IMG/VR virus record: IMGVR_UViG_3300036987_000034
Span: 1 to 41,989 of that record
Length of the DNA stretch: 41,989 nt
Source: a virus
Lineage: Duplodnaviria > Caudoviricetes
Reading direction: 5' to 3' (one strand)
Position numbers and translations under genes: made by a program
Shown here: piece after piece, positions 1 to 8,014 of the stretch
Layout of the letters: each line of letters begins with the position of its first letter
How positions within the stretch are numbered: position 1 is the first letter of the stretch
The notes under the pieces: model-generated
Database searches by the model: none
What the model saw: only the letters and a program-made list of their open reading frames with translations
What the model was told of the DNA's origin: nothing

Positions 1-127
1 CATTGATTCGCCTTCGCCTGATGCCGTTTCCTTTGCGTGCGCAAGAAGGAAAAAGCCCTTTCCTGTGTGTTGCAGGGAAATAAACTCCTGTATGAATCCG
101 CGAACGAGCAGGGCCGCGCCTTTTCCC
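1..127. repeat. Terminal direct repeat (left copy), identical to 41863-41989
   Basis: Exact 127-bp match of the two ends. The length equals a common assembler k-mer and the repeat lies inside a CDS, so it marks a circular contig. Confidence 0.95.
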
Positions 128-459
128 CATTTCATGTCGCCTTCCCATGTGACATTGTTGACCTTGTTGAAGTGATTCAGGTACAGGTACCAGAGGGCAT
201 CAACCGTGTCAATGCACAACATTTTGAACTTGTCGGAGTTGCGCACATCGGCAACGATCTGCTGGAATGTTGCCCAATCCGGCGCGTCTGCGACATACGC
301 ATCAACCTTGGACTGCCCTTTTTCCGCAGCGATGAAAAGGACATCGAACGGCATCGCCGCAACGAGCGATGTTTTTCCCAGCTTCCAATCCGCGTACAGC
401 AGAATCTTTTCCCTGTACAGATCGAAAGTCGGCTTGCTTTTTGTTTCCGGTAAAGCCAT
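1..459 (-). CDS. AAA_24/Sak4-like ssDNA-annealing ATPase, N-terminal part (continues across the junction into 41551-41862; 256 aa total)
   Basis: Manual translation MALPETKSKPTFDLYREKILLYADWKLGKTS...LCIDTVD...FLLAHAKE. Walker A-like and Walker B motifs, GGAGG RBS upstream. Missed by the ORF track because it wraps. Confidence 0.8.
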   Translation of the reverse strand, partial: MALPETKSKPTFDLYREKILLYADWKLGKTSLVAAMPFDVLFIAAEKGQSKVDAYVADAPDWATFQQIVADVRNSDKFKMLCIDTVDALWYLYLNHFNKVNNVTWEGDMKWGKGAALLVRGFIQEFISLQHTGKGFFLLAHAKETASGEGESM

Positions 460-505
460 AATATTACCTCCTGTTTTATGTTCTCTATTCTCTATTCTGT
501 CTGTG

Positions 506-1387
506 TTATTCAAGCTCTGGATTCAGTTTTACTTTTACAAAATCCATATCCAAAACATGCTGCTGATCTCCGCTGTCGCAATAGCCAAACAATGGGCATC
601 GCGTGCCGTAATGATTTAGACACGCTCCGCTGTTGCGCGGCCAGTAGTCGTGCTGCAAACGCCACAAGATTTCCTGGTAGTACATCCACGCTTGCCGCTC
701 AATGTCGCGGTCTTCAAGCCGAACGCGGGCGCAGTAAAAAGCGTCCTGTTCGTTGGTGTCGTACCACTCGACAACGCGATCCTCGTATTCAACTGCCGTT
801 TCGTTCTTCTTGAGCCGGATCGTTGGCTTTTTAATGGCATCATAAATCACGCCAACAACTGACTGGTTGGATGATTTTTCTTCTGCGAGTTTGTAAATGT
901 GAACCTGTAAATCAAGGGATATGCGGCTGATGTATGAGCCGGATAAATCGGAGGCAGTCTTGTATTCAACTATCCACTGTTCGCCGGTTTCCGGGTCAAT
1001 GTAAAGTCCGTCAATTTTACCGGCCATGATCGCCTTGTGCGCGGGTCTGCCAGTGTCTGGGTTTATCAAAACATGATCAAATTGTATTTCTGTTCCGGCC
1101 AGTTCCCCGTAGTCGCGCCGCCTGACATGCGACCTGTGCATCCCGGCGAGCTTCGCCGCGCTCTGATCATCGCGCGCGTTTTCGTATGCGTATTTGCAGA
1201 CCTCGTCAACATCATGTCCAGTGTTTTCCATCTCCTTCATTTCATGCCACATGGTGCCGAATGATAAATTCTCCGATTCCTCGCGCGGCTTATATCCCTC
1301 GATATTGAATATGCGGAACATTTTGGGACACGCGCGCAGCCTGGAAAATCCGGTTTGCGTCAGAACCATTTTGCTATTTGTTTTCAT
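506..1387 (-). CDS. PD-(D/E)xK Cas4/RecB-like exonuclease
   Basis: GKIDGL...IVEYKT nuclease motifs and QVHIY. One N-terminal Cys (ACP) plus three C-terminal Cys (CLNHYGTRCPLFGYC) fit an Fe-S staple. Adjacent to the Sak4-like gene. Confidence 0.85.
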   Translation of the reverse strand: MKTNSKMVLTQTGFSRLRACPKMFRIFNIEGYKPREESENLSFGTMWHEMKEMENTGHDVDEVCKYAYENARDDQSAAKLAGMHRSHVRRRDYGELAGTEIQFDHVLINPDTGRPAHKAIMAGKIDGLYIDPETGEQWIVEYKTASDLSGSYISRISLDLQVHIYKLAEEKSSNQSVVGVIYDAIKKPTIRLKKNETAVEYEDRVVEWYDTNEQDAFYCARVRLEDRDIERQAWMYYQEILWRLQHDYWPRNSGACLNHYGTRCPLFGYCDSGDQQHVLDMDFVKVKLNPELE

Positions 1388-1425
1388 TATTCGCCAACCA
1401 CTCCCTGTTTTTCGCGGCCAGCGCG

Positions 1426-1599
1426 TCACTTGCCTTTTGTTCCGCTACCGGACGATTTGCCCTTGCATGACGGACACTTGACGCTTTTCGTGTGGGTAAA
1501 GCTCGGAGGATAATGTGTTGCGTCGGGAATCGCCTGTAATACCCTGCCGGTGTTTTTGCATGTTAAACATCCGCCGCGTTTTCTCGGTTTAGTTGCCAT
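1426..1599 (-). CDS. Small zinc-finger protein (57 aa)
   Basis: Manual translation MATKPRKRGGCLTCKNTG...KCPSCKGKSSG; two CxxC pairs of DnaJ-like type; AGGAG RBS. Confidence 0.6.
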   Translation of the reverse strand: MATKPRKRGGCLTCKNTGRVLQAIPDATHYPPSFTHTKSVKCPSCKGKSSGSGTKGK

Positions 1600-1602
1600 C
1601 GC

Positions 1603-1734
1603 TCATCTCTCCTTTTGGTTGTGGTAGTATTCCAGATTTTTCCAAGACAGAGCTGCCCGCACCTGTTCCCATGTCTCCGCGTACATCCACGGGAGCAGGA
1701 ATTGATCAAGAACAAGCTCGATTCCGAATTTCAT
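1603..1734 (-). CDS. Hypothetical protein (43 aa)
   Basis: MKFGIELVLDQFLLPW...; ATGA overlap with the upstream gene; GAGGA RBS. Confidence 0.5.
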   Translation of the reverse strand: MKFGIELVLDQFLLPWMYAETWEQVRAALSWKNLEYYHNQKER

Positions 1735-2060
1735 TGAAGTTCCTCCTCCGTTTCAAGAAGCGTTTCGCAGGTGTACAAAAGCTGGCGCTCACGCGCAGCA
1801 GCCCGCGCAGCAGCAGCCTGCGAAGCCCACGCGCCCATCCCTGCATCCTCTGCGCATTTGCACACGAATATAACCCTTTGGCGATCATCGAACGCGCGGC
1901 ACGCAAACCAAACAACATCTTCATCCGGTATGTCCATGTCCAGCACATCAATGATGGAAACCGCATCGCGTCCAGCCCACAGCTCGCTCACTCGTTTGCG
2001 CGGGTAGTTTTCTTCGCACGGTCGCCACGCCATTACTTCGTCTACGGTGAATGTTTTCAT
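1731..2060 (-). CDS. Hypothetical phage protein with Ala-rich AAAARAAARERQ segment
   Basis: Start MKTFTV after GGAGG RBS; ATGA coupling on both sides. Confidence 0.65.
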   Translation of the reverse strand: MKTFTVDEVMAWRPCEENYPRKRVSELWAGRDAVSIIDVLDMDIPDEDVVWFACRAFDDRQRVIFVCKCAEDAGMGAWASQAAAARAAARERQLLYTCETLLETEEELQ

Positions 2061-2155
2061 CTCCGCCTCCACACCCTCATAATCTCGCGCCGTATGCCTG
2101 GACACAGCAACAGCAACAGCGCGGGGAACGCGATTAGTGCAACGGCCTCAATCAT
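2057..2155 (-). CDS. Small membrane peptide (32 aa)
   Basis: [32 protein letters not shown]; ATGA overlaps at both ends. Confidence 0.5.
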   Translation of the reverse strand: MIEAVALIAFPALLLLLCPGIRREIMRVWRRR

Positions 2156-2619
2156 TGCTTGATCCCCAATTCTTTAGCCCTGTGACTACTGCGCGCAAAA
2201 TCAAGTATTGCCTCACGCGCTATCTGATAGCTCTCGTCGTCACATTCAAGCGCGCAAAAGTGGGCCGCAATTTGCGCGGCAATTTTTGTGTCAACCATCA
2301 CATTTTCCGATCCGCACCATAGCGGCAAGCACGAAAAATCAATGTCGGCCCCGTGCAAGTCGGCCCTGCGCAAGTTGGCCCAGCGCAAGTCGGCCCAGCG
2401 CAAGTCGGCCCCGCGCAAGTCGGCCCCGTGCAAGTTGGCCCCGTGCAAGTTGGCCCCGTGCAAGTTGGCCCCGTGCAAGTTGGCCCCGCGCAAGTCGGCC
2501 CCGCGCAAGTCGGCCCTGCGCAAGTTGGCCCCGCGCAAGTCGGCCCTGCGCATAACGATTGACTCGCGCGCTGCACGCGCAAAATCAATCACACACATTT
2601 TGATATTTTTGTCAGTCAT
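2152..2619 (-). CDS. Pentapeptide-repeat protein
   Basis: About 14 A(D/N)LxG-type repeats followed by [14 protein letters not shown]. Confidence 0.9.
   Translation of the reverse strand: MTDKNIKMCVIDFARAARESIVMRRADLRGANLRRADLRGADLRGANLHGANLHGANLHGANLHGADLRGADLRWADLRWANLRRADLHGADIDFSCLPLWCGSENVMVDTKIAAQIAAHFCALECDDESYQIAREAILDFARSSHRAKELGIKQ
2335..2544. repeat. 15-bp tandem repeat (coding pentapeptide array)
   Basis: Unit approximately gcaagt(c/t)ggccccg(c/t), about 14 copies. Confidence 0.9.
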
Positions 2620-2755
2620 TTTTTTCTCCCGTTACCTTCCACGCGACGGCAGCAGTGTACCAACCCGCAACGCACGCGGCGATGGAGCATATCGTGATGG
2701 CAAGCTCCGAATAGTTGATCGTAATATCATTGATAAGCGCGTTTAACTCGTTCAT
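2612..2755 (-). CDS. Small membrane protein (47 aa)
   Basis: [41 protein letters not shown]...; GAGGAG RBS. Confidence 0.5.
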   Translation of the reverse strand: MNELNALINDITINYSELAITICSIAACVAGWYTAAVAWKVTGEKND

Positions 2756-2782
2756 GGTGTAGGCTCCTCGATTTTTGATATG

Positions 2783-3295
2783 TTATTTTTGTCTCAATTT
2801 TTTGTGATATTCGCTCGGCTTTGGATATGGCGCGCCGTTGAAAACGGACTCGTAGTATTCATCCATGAACGCCCATAAAGCGGCATCCCCGCCGTTTACA
2901 AGGGAATACATTGCATCGTTTGAATTAAGGCCGGAACCGTCGCTATAGCATGGCGCACCATCGCAGTACTCGCATGAATCTGTTGCGCGTCCCTGTCCTT
3001 CGTATCGCGCAACTTTGGAGTGGTAGTCAAGCCCGGCGGGAATAGGCTGCGCGTAGCCAGCCCAATCGCGAATGCCAATGTACCCGATGCTGTCTTTTTT
3101 CGCGTACTGCGGGAGCCATCCGGTGAAAAGCGTAAACGACACTGCGCCATCTGGCCCCTTTGACACAAACTGGATTGTCATCCCGTGCCGCCCGTGTGAG
3201 CCGCCAGTGTTTGGCTTACATTCTTTTCTATCGTTTGCGCACTCGAACCTTATGCAGTCGTGGCCGCTTATGAATTTGACAATGTGTTCGTTCAT
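2783..3295 (-). CDS. Hypothetical phage protein (Cys/His-rich)
   Basis: Start MNEHIVKF after GAGGTGG RBS; HDC...C and CEYCDGAPC motifs. Confidence 0.65.
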   Translation of the reverse strand: MNEHIVKFISGHDCIRFECANDRKECKPNTGGSHGRHGMTIQFVSKGPDGAVSFTLFTGWLPQYAKKDSIGYIGIRDWAGYAQPIPAGLDYHSKVARYEGQGRATDSCEYCDGAPCYSDGSGLNSNDAMYSLVNGGDAALWAFMDEYYESVFNGAPYPKPSEYHKKLRQK

Positions 3296-3332
3296 TTCTG
3301 CCACCTCACTTTTGGCATTTAACGCCTCGCAG

Positions 3333-3629
3333 TTATCTGATCCCTCGCTCACACTGCCGCGAGAACCATTCCGAATCAACGCCCGCCGCTTCGCACCAGA
3401 AGCCCATGCTATCGGCCCTGTGCGCCGCAAACAGGAATTCATAAGCGTCCGCCCTGTTCTCTTGTGAAATGTGCGGATCGCGGCAATCCTTAACGGCTCT
3501 TGACAGTACAGCCGTAGCCAAATCCGCAAGCCCGCGCACGCGCCGCGACATTTCCAGTTCTTCGTCAGTCATGATTCTGGGCATGTTTTCGCGCACGGAT
3601 TCTTCGGCCTGTCTCAATGGCAGCTTCAT
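3333..3629 (-). CDS. Hypothetical phage protein
   Basis: ORF with AAGGA RBS; LATAVLSRAVKD...F..WCEAAG pattern resembles small phage proteins. Confidence 0.6.
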   Translation of the reverse strand: MKLPLRQAEESVRENMPRIMTDEELEMSRRVRGLADLATAVLSRAVKDCRDPHISQENRADAYEFLFAAHRADSMGFWCEAAGVDSEWFSRQCERGIR

Positions 3630-3652
3630 GTGTGCATATCCTTTGATTATTA

Positions 3653-3862
3653 TTAAATATCTGAATCGTCTATAACATCCACTTTTGGGACATTGTGCAG
3701 GAATCCGTTGACATCAGATATTACGAGCGCACGGACATAAGCCGCAAACGAGGGAAACCCCAACTCTTTAGCTCGATTACACGCGCGCTTGAACAGGGCG
3801 TTTCCTATGCGGACTCCCCTGTTCTGGTCATACTTCGCATAATTGGTTTTTTTCTTGTCCAT
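3653..3862 (-). CDS. Ribbon-helix-helix (Arc/MetJ/CopG-like) DNA-binding regulator, probably leaderless
   Basis: RGVRIGNALFKRACNRAKELGFPSFAAYVRALV fits a strand-helix-G-helix RHH pattern; ATG lies 7 nt after a perfect -10 box. Confidence 0.65.
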   Translation of the reverse strand: MDKKKTNYAKYDQNRGVRIGNALFKRACNRAKELGFPSFAAYVRALVISDVNGFLHNVPKVDVIDDSDI

Positions 3863-3869
3863 GTTATCC

Positions 3870-3898
3870 ATTATATGCCCTTGATTGTCTATTGTCAA
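3870..3898 (-). promoter_or_regulatory. Consensus sigma70-type promoter
   Basis: TTGACA-17 bp-TATAAT on the minus strand. Confidence 0.9.
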
Positions 3899-3908
3899 GC
3901 AAGCATTG

Positions 3909-3945
3909 AAAAAAAAGCCCCGCAGCCTCGTAATGAGGCCACGGG
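3909..3945 (-). terminator. Intrinsic terminator
   Basis: Stem CCCGTGGCCTC/GAGGCTGCGGG (2 G.U pairs), 5-nt loop, then GC and T8. Confidence 0.85.
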
Positions 3946-3977
3946 TAAACAGTGAAGCAAGGAGAAAACACATGAAA

Positions 3978-4268
3978 TCATATCCGGCAAACCTCGCAAA
4001 TTGCTCGGGCAACAATTTCCGGCCTTGTGACAGGCCTGTATGTAGCCGTGGAATGCACAAACACGCGCCAGTCTGCTTCTTCTGCACGCTCTATAAATTC
4101 TCTCAAGTTCTTTTCAAGATCATTCATTGCTTTTTCTTCTTCTATTTTTGATGGGAACATGTATTCTGAAACCCCGAATATTTCAACAAACTTGAACTCG
4201 ATACAGCCCAGACCGTGAACGCATAACCATTCTCTGTGTTCTTCGTTTTCAAGGAAGTCAATGTTCAT
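3978..4268 (-). CDS. Hypothetical protein
   Basis: Start MNIDFL; ATGA overlap with the recombinase stop codon. Confidence 0.55.
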   Translation of the reverse strand: MNIDFLENEEHREWLCVHGLGCIEFKFVEIFGVSEYMFPSKIEEEKAMNDLEKNLREFIERAEEADWRVFVHSTATYRPVTRPEIVARAICEVCRI

Positions 4269-4957
4269 TTGTTCGATTCCCTCTGTATGATTCTCTGTAC
4301 CTGTGTCACGGTCCATGCCGCGCCCTGTGCTGTTTTCCAGCCCATTTCGTTTAGTTCAGTGGCGATATTCTGTAGAGTTTTCCCGTTTTCCCGGCGCAGC
4401 AAAATGCCATTTATTATATTCTGTTCATGTTCGTTATCAATTTCATACAGTGAGCCGTCATCGCGCAAAACGCAATCATACCCGTATCTGCGCGGCCCTC
4501 CCAGTTTTTGCCCCTGTGCGCGCTTTACGCTCAATGCGTTACGCGTCCTGTCAGCAATCAACCGACGCTCCATTTGAGCGAACGCGGCAAGCACTGTAAA
4601 GAAAAACTCGCCCATTGCCGATTTTGTATCTATTGATTCCGATACGCTGTGAAACGCGCACCCGTATTTATCCAATTTCTGCACAATTTCCAGCGCGTCA
4701 ATGGTATTACGGGCGAAACGGTCTGTCTTGTAGGTCACAAAGTGGTCCATTATCCCCTGTGACGCACTTTTAAGCGCAGACTGTAGCCCCGGCCTGTTTT
4801 CAGCCTTTTTCCCGCTGCAATGGTCCTCTAACACTTCTATAAGCTCAAACCCGCGCAGGTCACAGTATGCTTTTATCTTTTCACGCTGAAATTCAAGGCT
4901 CAAGCCGCTATCGGCCTGCCTGTTAGTGCTGACTCTAATGTATCCGATAGCCTTCAT
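4265..4957 (-). CDS. Serine recombinase (resolvase-type catalytic domain plus short recombinase DNA-binding domain)
   Basis: YIRVST (catalytic Ser), SG...RPGL, DRFARN, AQMERRLIADRT, and C-terminal LQNIATELNEMG...W...QVQRI. Confidence 0.92.
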   Translation of the reverse strand: MKAIGYIRVSTNRQADSGLSLEFQREKIKAYCDLRGFELIEVLEDHCSGKKAENRPGLQSALKSASQGIMDHFVTYKTDRFARNTIDALEIVQKLDKYGCAFHSVSESIDTKSAMGEFFFTVLAAFAQMERRLIADRTRNALSVKRAQGQKLGGPRRYGYDCVLRDDGSLYEIDNEHEQNIINGILLRRENGKTLQNIATELNEMGWKTAQGAAWTVTQVQRIIQRESNK

Positions 4958-5673
4958 ATTCTCTCACCGCAAAATGGACAATATTCTGCGCGTTCTGCCT
5001 CATGGAACCATTCAAATCTAAGGTATATATTTTCATCACACGATCCGCAATACCGGATATGGTTGCGATTAAACCAGTTTTCCGGCTTGCCCTGCAAAAA
5101 CTCGTATTCTTTTATCGCAGCTATCCCGTCAATATCAGACTTCCCGCGCTCAATATCCTGCAACATGTACAGCATTTTGATCATTGCTATCTGTTTTTTG
5201 TTGTAAGGCTTTTTTTCTATCGGCACGGTTATCTCTTGTTTTTTCGCCGCACGCCTCTTTTCAACATAGATACACTGCCAGTTTATTGACAACTCCGGGT
5301 AATTCACAAGAGGCGCGCATATTTGATCAAGCGTGTTGTTTCCCTCACGAAACAACAGATACCCGTAAGCCTCAAATATGGCCCTACCCTTTTCGTCAGG
5401 TGACATTGTGCGCTTTACCCTGTTCGCAAGCCCAGGGCAATCCTCTATCAGCGCGCCAATATCCACACTGTCAAACCTATCAGCTATGCCGCGCCTACCC
5501 AACTCTTCAACTATTGCGCTTGCTATTTTCTTTACATCCTTCAATGCGTATTTGGGAGCGTCCGCGCAGCAATCCCAATATTCAATGCCATTTTCCATTG
5601 CAGCGAGCATTGATTCGCGCTCTATCTGCGCCTCTTGTTCATCCGTAAGGTTAGGGGATTCGATAGCCTTCAC
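4954..5673 (-). CDS. Hypothetical protein with C-terminal zinc ribbon
   Basis: GTG start after GGAGGG RBS; CGSC...CPFCG at the C-terminus. Confidence 0.65.
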   Translation of the reverse strand: MKAIESPNLTDEQEAQIERESMLAAMENGIEYWDCCADAPKYALKDVKKIASAIVEELGRRGIADRFDSVDIGALIEDCPGLANRVKRTMSPDEKGRAIFEAYGYLLFREGNNTLDQICAPLVNYPELSINWQCIYVEKRRAAKKQEITVPIEKKPYNKKQIAMIKMLYMLQDIERGKSDIDGIAAIKEYEFLQGKPENWFNRNHIRYCGSCDENIYLRFEWFHEAERAEYCPFCGERI

Positions 5674-5726
5674 TTTATAACGCCCTCCATTTTGCAGAAC
5701 TTAAGCATTTGCACAATTGGCTTGGT

Positions 5727-5885
5727 CTAGCACTCTTTGAATGTCCGCCTGCAAATGAAAAGCAGACCTCCGCAATATGGCTTCTTTGCCCTGTATCCGT
5801 ATTCGCATTTCCCGCATTCGCCATTGACCTCTGATATAACAGACTCGATCAGGCTTTTTATCGCAAACTCTTGGTTATTCCCCAC
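5727..5885 (-). CDS. Small Cys-rich protein (52 aa)
   Basis: GGAGGG RBS, GTG start, MGNNQEFAIKSLIESVISEVNGECGKCEY...C...C...C; not in the ORF track. Confidence 0.45.
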   Translation of the reverse strand: MGNNQEFAIKSLIESVISEVNGECGKCEYGYRAKKPYCGGLLFICRRTFKEC

Positions 5886-6088
5886 TTTTCGCCGCCCTCC
5901 CGCCTATACACGCGCCATAATGACAGCGCGCTCTCGTATACCAGCGTATCGAATCCCTCCGGCGCCACTTCACTCCCGCGCACTATCACATAATCAGCGC
6001 GCCCAGGCTCACACTCCACGGCGCGCAAGCTGAATCCACTGCCAGCCGCAACAACCCGCGCCCTGTTGTCTGACCTGTAATATTTCAT
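5858..6088 (-). CDS. Hypothetical early protein
   Basis: Start MKYYRS after GGGAGGG RBS. Confidence 0.55.
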   Translation of the reverse strand: MKYYRSDNRARVVAAGSGFSLRAVECEPGRADYVIVRGSEVAPEGFDTLVYESALSLWRVYRREGGEKWGITKSLR

Positions 6089-6113
6089 ATCGCGCCGCCC
6101 TCCCGTTTTGTGA

Positions 6114-6163
6114 TAACCACTCCGTAAGCGGCACTCTTGCGAATGCCGCACGCGCAGGGGTTA
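6114..6163 (-). other. Intergenic RNA hairpin TAACC...GAGTGGTTA with GCAA tetraloop
   Basis: Apical stem GCGGCATTC-GCAA-GAGTGCCGC and basal TAACC/GGTTA; starts at the upstream stop codon. Confidence 0.6.
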
Positions 6164-6514
6164 GCCAATGTCCCCATACTTTGCGCGATAAAACCGCTTT
6201 ATCTTTTTCATAAGCCTTTTCGACGCGCCATAATCACCAGCTTTGATGATTGTCAACATGGTTTCCCGTTGCACATCGTGCGGGCTAACATAATTGAAAT
6301 ACGAAAGAAAATCAGCTCTCGTTTCCTCGTAATACTGTTGAAGCGTCTTTGAGTCGTCATCCATCCAGGCCTCGCGCGCGTGTTCCATGATCATACCGCG
6401 ATTTCCCCTCATTGCTGCCGTCGGCGTTTCCACGGCATAAGTGCAATTTCCCCATACATCATGCTCGTAAAGATAGAAGCTGAAATCTTCTTTTGTATCA
6501 AATTCTGTAATCAT
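6161..6514 (-). CDS. Hypothetical early protein
   Basis: 117-aa ORF with AGGGGG RBS. Confidence 0.65.
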   Translation of the reverse strand: MITEFDTKEDFSFYLYEHDVWGNCTYAVETPTAAMRGNRGMIMEHAREAWMDDDSKTLQQYYEETRADFLSYFNYVSPHDVQRETMLTIIKAGDYGASKRLMKKIKRFYRAKYGDIG

Positions 6515-6539
6515 GGCATTCCCCCCTTTTTCTATTTTT

Positions 6540-6573
6540 TAACCACTCGCGCAGCCCTCCCGTTCAATGGTTA
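6540..6573 (-). other. Second intergenic hairpin TAACC...GAGTGGTTA
   Basis: 8-bp stem TAACCATT/AGTGGTTA starting at the upstream stop codon. Confidence 0.5.
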
Positions 6574-6969
6574 GTCGTCCATGCGTTCAATTTCGCTCAA
6601 TATCATACTGTTAATGTATTCCTGGCGCTCACGGTCAAGTTTCTTGAATTCCGCCCGCGCATCCTCCTCCCTGCATCCCCACTCAAGCGCTGCAATCGTA
6701 ATTGCCAGCCATGCGGCCCTGTTCATCCGCCTGTTTGCGGCTGCTTCGCGCGCGGCCCTGTATGATCCGTACCCGTAAGCGCCGCCCAAGAGCCAACCTA
6801 CGCGCTCCGGTATAATGAAGGCGTCATTTAACGCATTCGCCCACTCCGCCCGAGCCTCCGCGCGCTCCTCTTTGCGTTGTTCCTTTGTTCTGCTCAAATC
6901 GCGAAGGAACGCCGCCCTCTCCCTAGCCTCGTATTCTCTATCTGCCGCTTTGTCCGCGTTCATCTTCAT
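6571..6969 (-). CDS. Hypothetical early protein (first gene of the leftward operon)
   Basis: 132-aa ORF, GGGGAG RBS, downstream of the promoter at 7017-7045. Confidence 0.7.
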   Translation of the reverse strand: MKMNADKAADREYEARERAAFLRDLSRTKEQRKEERAEARAEWANALNDAFIIPERVGWLLGGAYGYGSYRAAREAAANRRMNRAAWLAITIAALEWGCREEDARAEFKKLDRERQEYINSMILSEIERMDD

Positions 6970-7016
6970 GTTCTCTCTCCCCTAATAGTTTTTCGCCGCT
7001 CCCGGCCTGTATCAAT

Positions 7017-7045
7017 AGCATAACATACGCAATCTTGATTGTCAA
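7017..7045 (-). promoter_or_regulatory. Leftward sigma70-type promoter overlapped by palindrome CTTGA-N3-TCAAG
   Basis: TTGACA-17-TATGCT; palindrome at 7034-7046. Confidence 0.75.
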
Positions 7046-7179
7046 GCGTTTGGCGCAAACTAATTCTGCCCATGGACACTACGCTTTTTGCACATTCCAC
7101 AAATCACTTTCAATGCTCTCATTAAGAGCATCCGCGCTCTTGAACATGTGTCTCAAATTGCCCCGCAATTACGATACAC

Positions 7180-7209
7180 TTGACTTGGGTAATATTTACA
7201 CGCTATAAT
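7180..7209 (+). promoter_or_regulatory. Rightward sigma70-type promoter
   Basis: TTGACT-18-TATAAT; ATG 6 nt downstream. Confidence 0.65.
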
Positions 7210-7215
7210 AATAAC

Positions 7216-7509
7216 ATGATAACATTGACCGTCATATCAATCCTACTTAATTCAATCGCTATCACCATCGCCACATTCACCTTGGTACACTTGGTACACT
7301 TGGTACACCGTGTCAAATTTGACACAGAGCAGAATGAACGGGATATGGGACAGGATAGCGGTTCCCGCAATTCTATGCCCGCGCCCTCGATAGTCACCGA
7401 TCTAATCCGTGCGCGCGCGCGAGTCAAGGATACCAGTGATATCTATACCCTCGATAACGCGCACGCGGATATACACGAGTACGATACGGGCGAATATCTG
7501 GATAATTAA
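7216..7509 (+). CDS. Putative leaderless membrane-anchored protein
   Basis: Hydrophobic N-terminus MITLTVISILLNSIAITIATFTL; 9-bp tandem CTTGGTACA x3 encodes LVH x3. Confidence 0.45.
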   Translation: MITLTVISILLNSIAITIATFTLVHLVHLVHRVKFDTEQNERDMGQDSGSRNSMPAPSIVTDLIRARARVKDTSDIYTLDNAHADIHEYDTGEYLDN

Positions 7510-7978
7510 CAGATCGAACGATCTGTCATGTCTCACAATGCCCAGGACACAGGCATATATATTAAAACATTCAAGTTTATTACGCGCGTATCTATAACCA
7601 CGCTCGCGGGTTTCTACGGATTGTACCTGGAGATACAAGTATCATACCCGAAGCTACACGAATTGTACCTGTAAAAACGCGCGTGGTAAATCTTATAAAG
7701 GACGGCATGGTGGGGTTGGCCGGTCTCAGATAATATATACTGCTACAATTCCCACAAAAATTTCCGATTTCCAGAAATCCCATATAATTGACAGTTCTGT
7801 TAGTAGCGCGGTTACGAATACCATACGAACGCCGTAGGCTACGGAGGTTTTTGTAGGGGTATAAGGAGGGGGGTTACAATATATTAAAAGCATTTATTAG
7901 GGGAGTGGGGGGGGACATGGCAGGGGCAACTTTTGTATAGCGCAAGTATAGTTGCGGTATTGCGTTAGAGTGGTGGGG

Positions 7979-8008
7979 TTGACAGTTGGTGTTGTGTGGT
8001 GTTATAGT
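7979..8008 (+). promoter_or_regulatory. Rightward promoter upstream of the packaging genes
   Basis: TTGACA-18-TATAGT with extended -10 (TGn). Confidence 0.65.
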
Positions 8009-8014
8009 GTGGGT

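Noticed and set aside
506-1387. Cas4-like gene as part of a CRISPR-Cas system
   Set aside because: No cas1/cas2 or array seen; the context is a phage recombination module.
2335-2544. 15-bp and 24-bp (36740-37027) tandem repeats as CRISPR arrays
   Set aside because: No unique spacers; both are in-frame coding repeats. The alternative-frame repeat ORFs are shadows.
5727-5729. Genome-wide TAG reassignment
   Set aside because: TAG ends several genes at sensible positions (10745, 15292, 31449), long genes are intact in the standard code, and no suppressor tRNA was seen.
6114-6573. TAAC...GTTA hairpins as integron attC sites
   Set aside because: R boxes fit RYYYAAC/GTTRRRY poorly, one element is too short, and no IntI-type tyrosine recombinase is encoded.
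7142-7153. LexA-like box GAACATGTGTCT between the divergent promoters
   Set aside because: The right half-site deviates from GTTC and the host is unknown, so support is insufficient.
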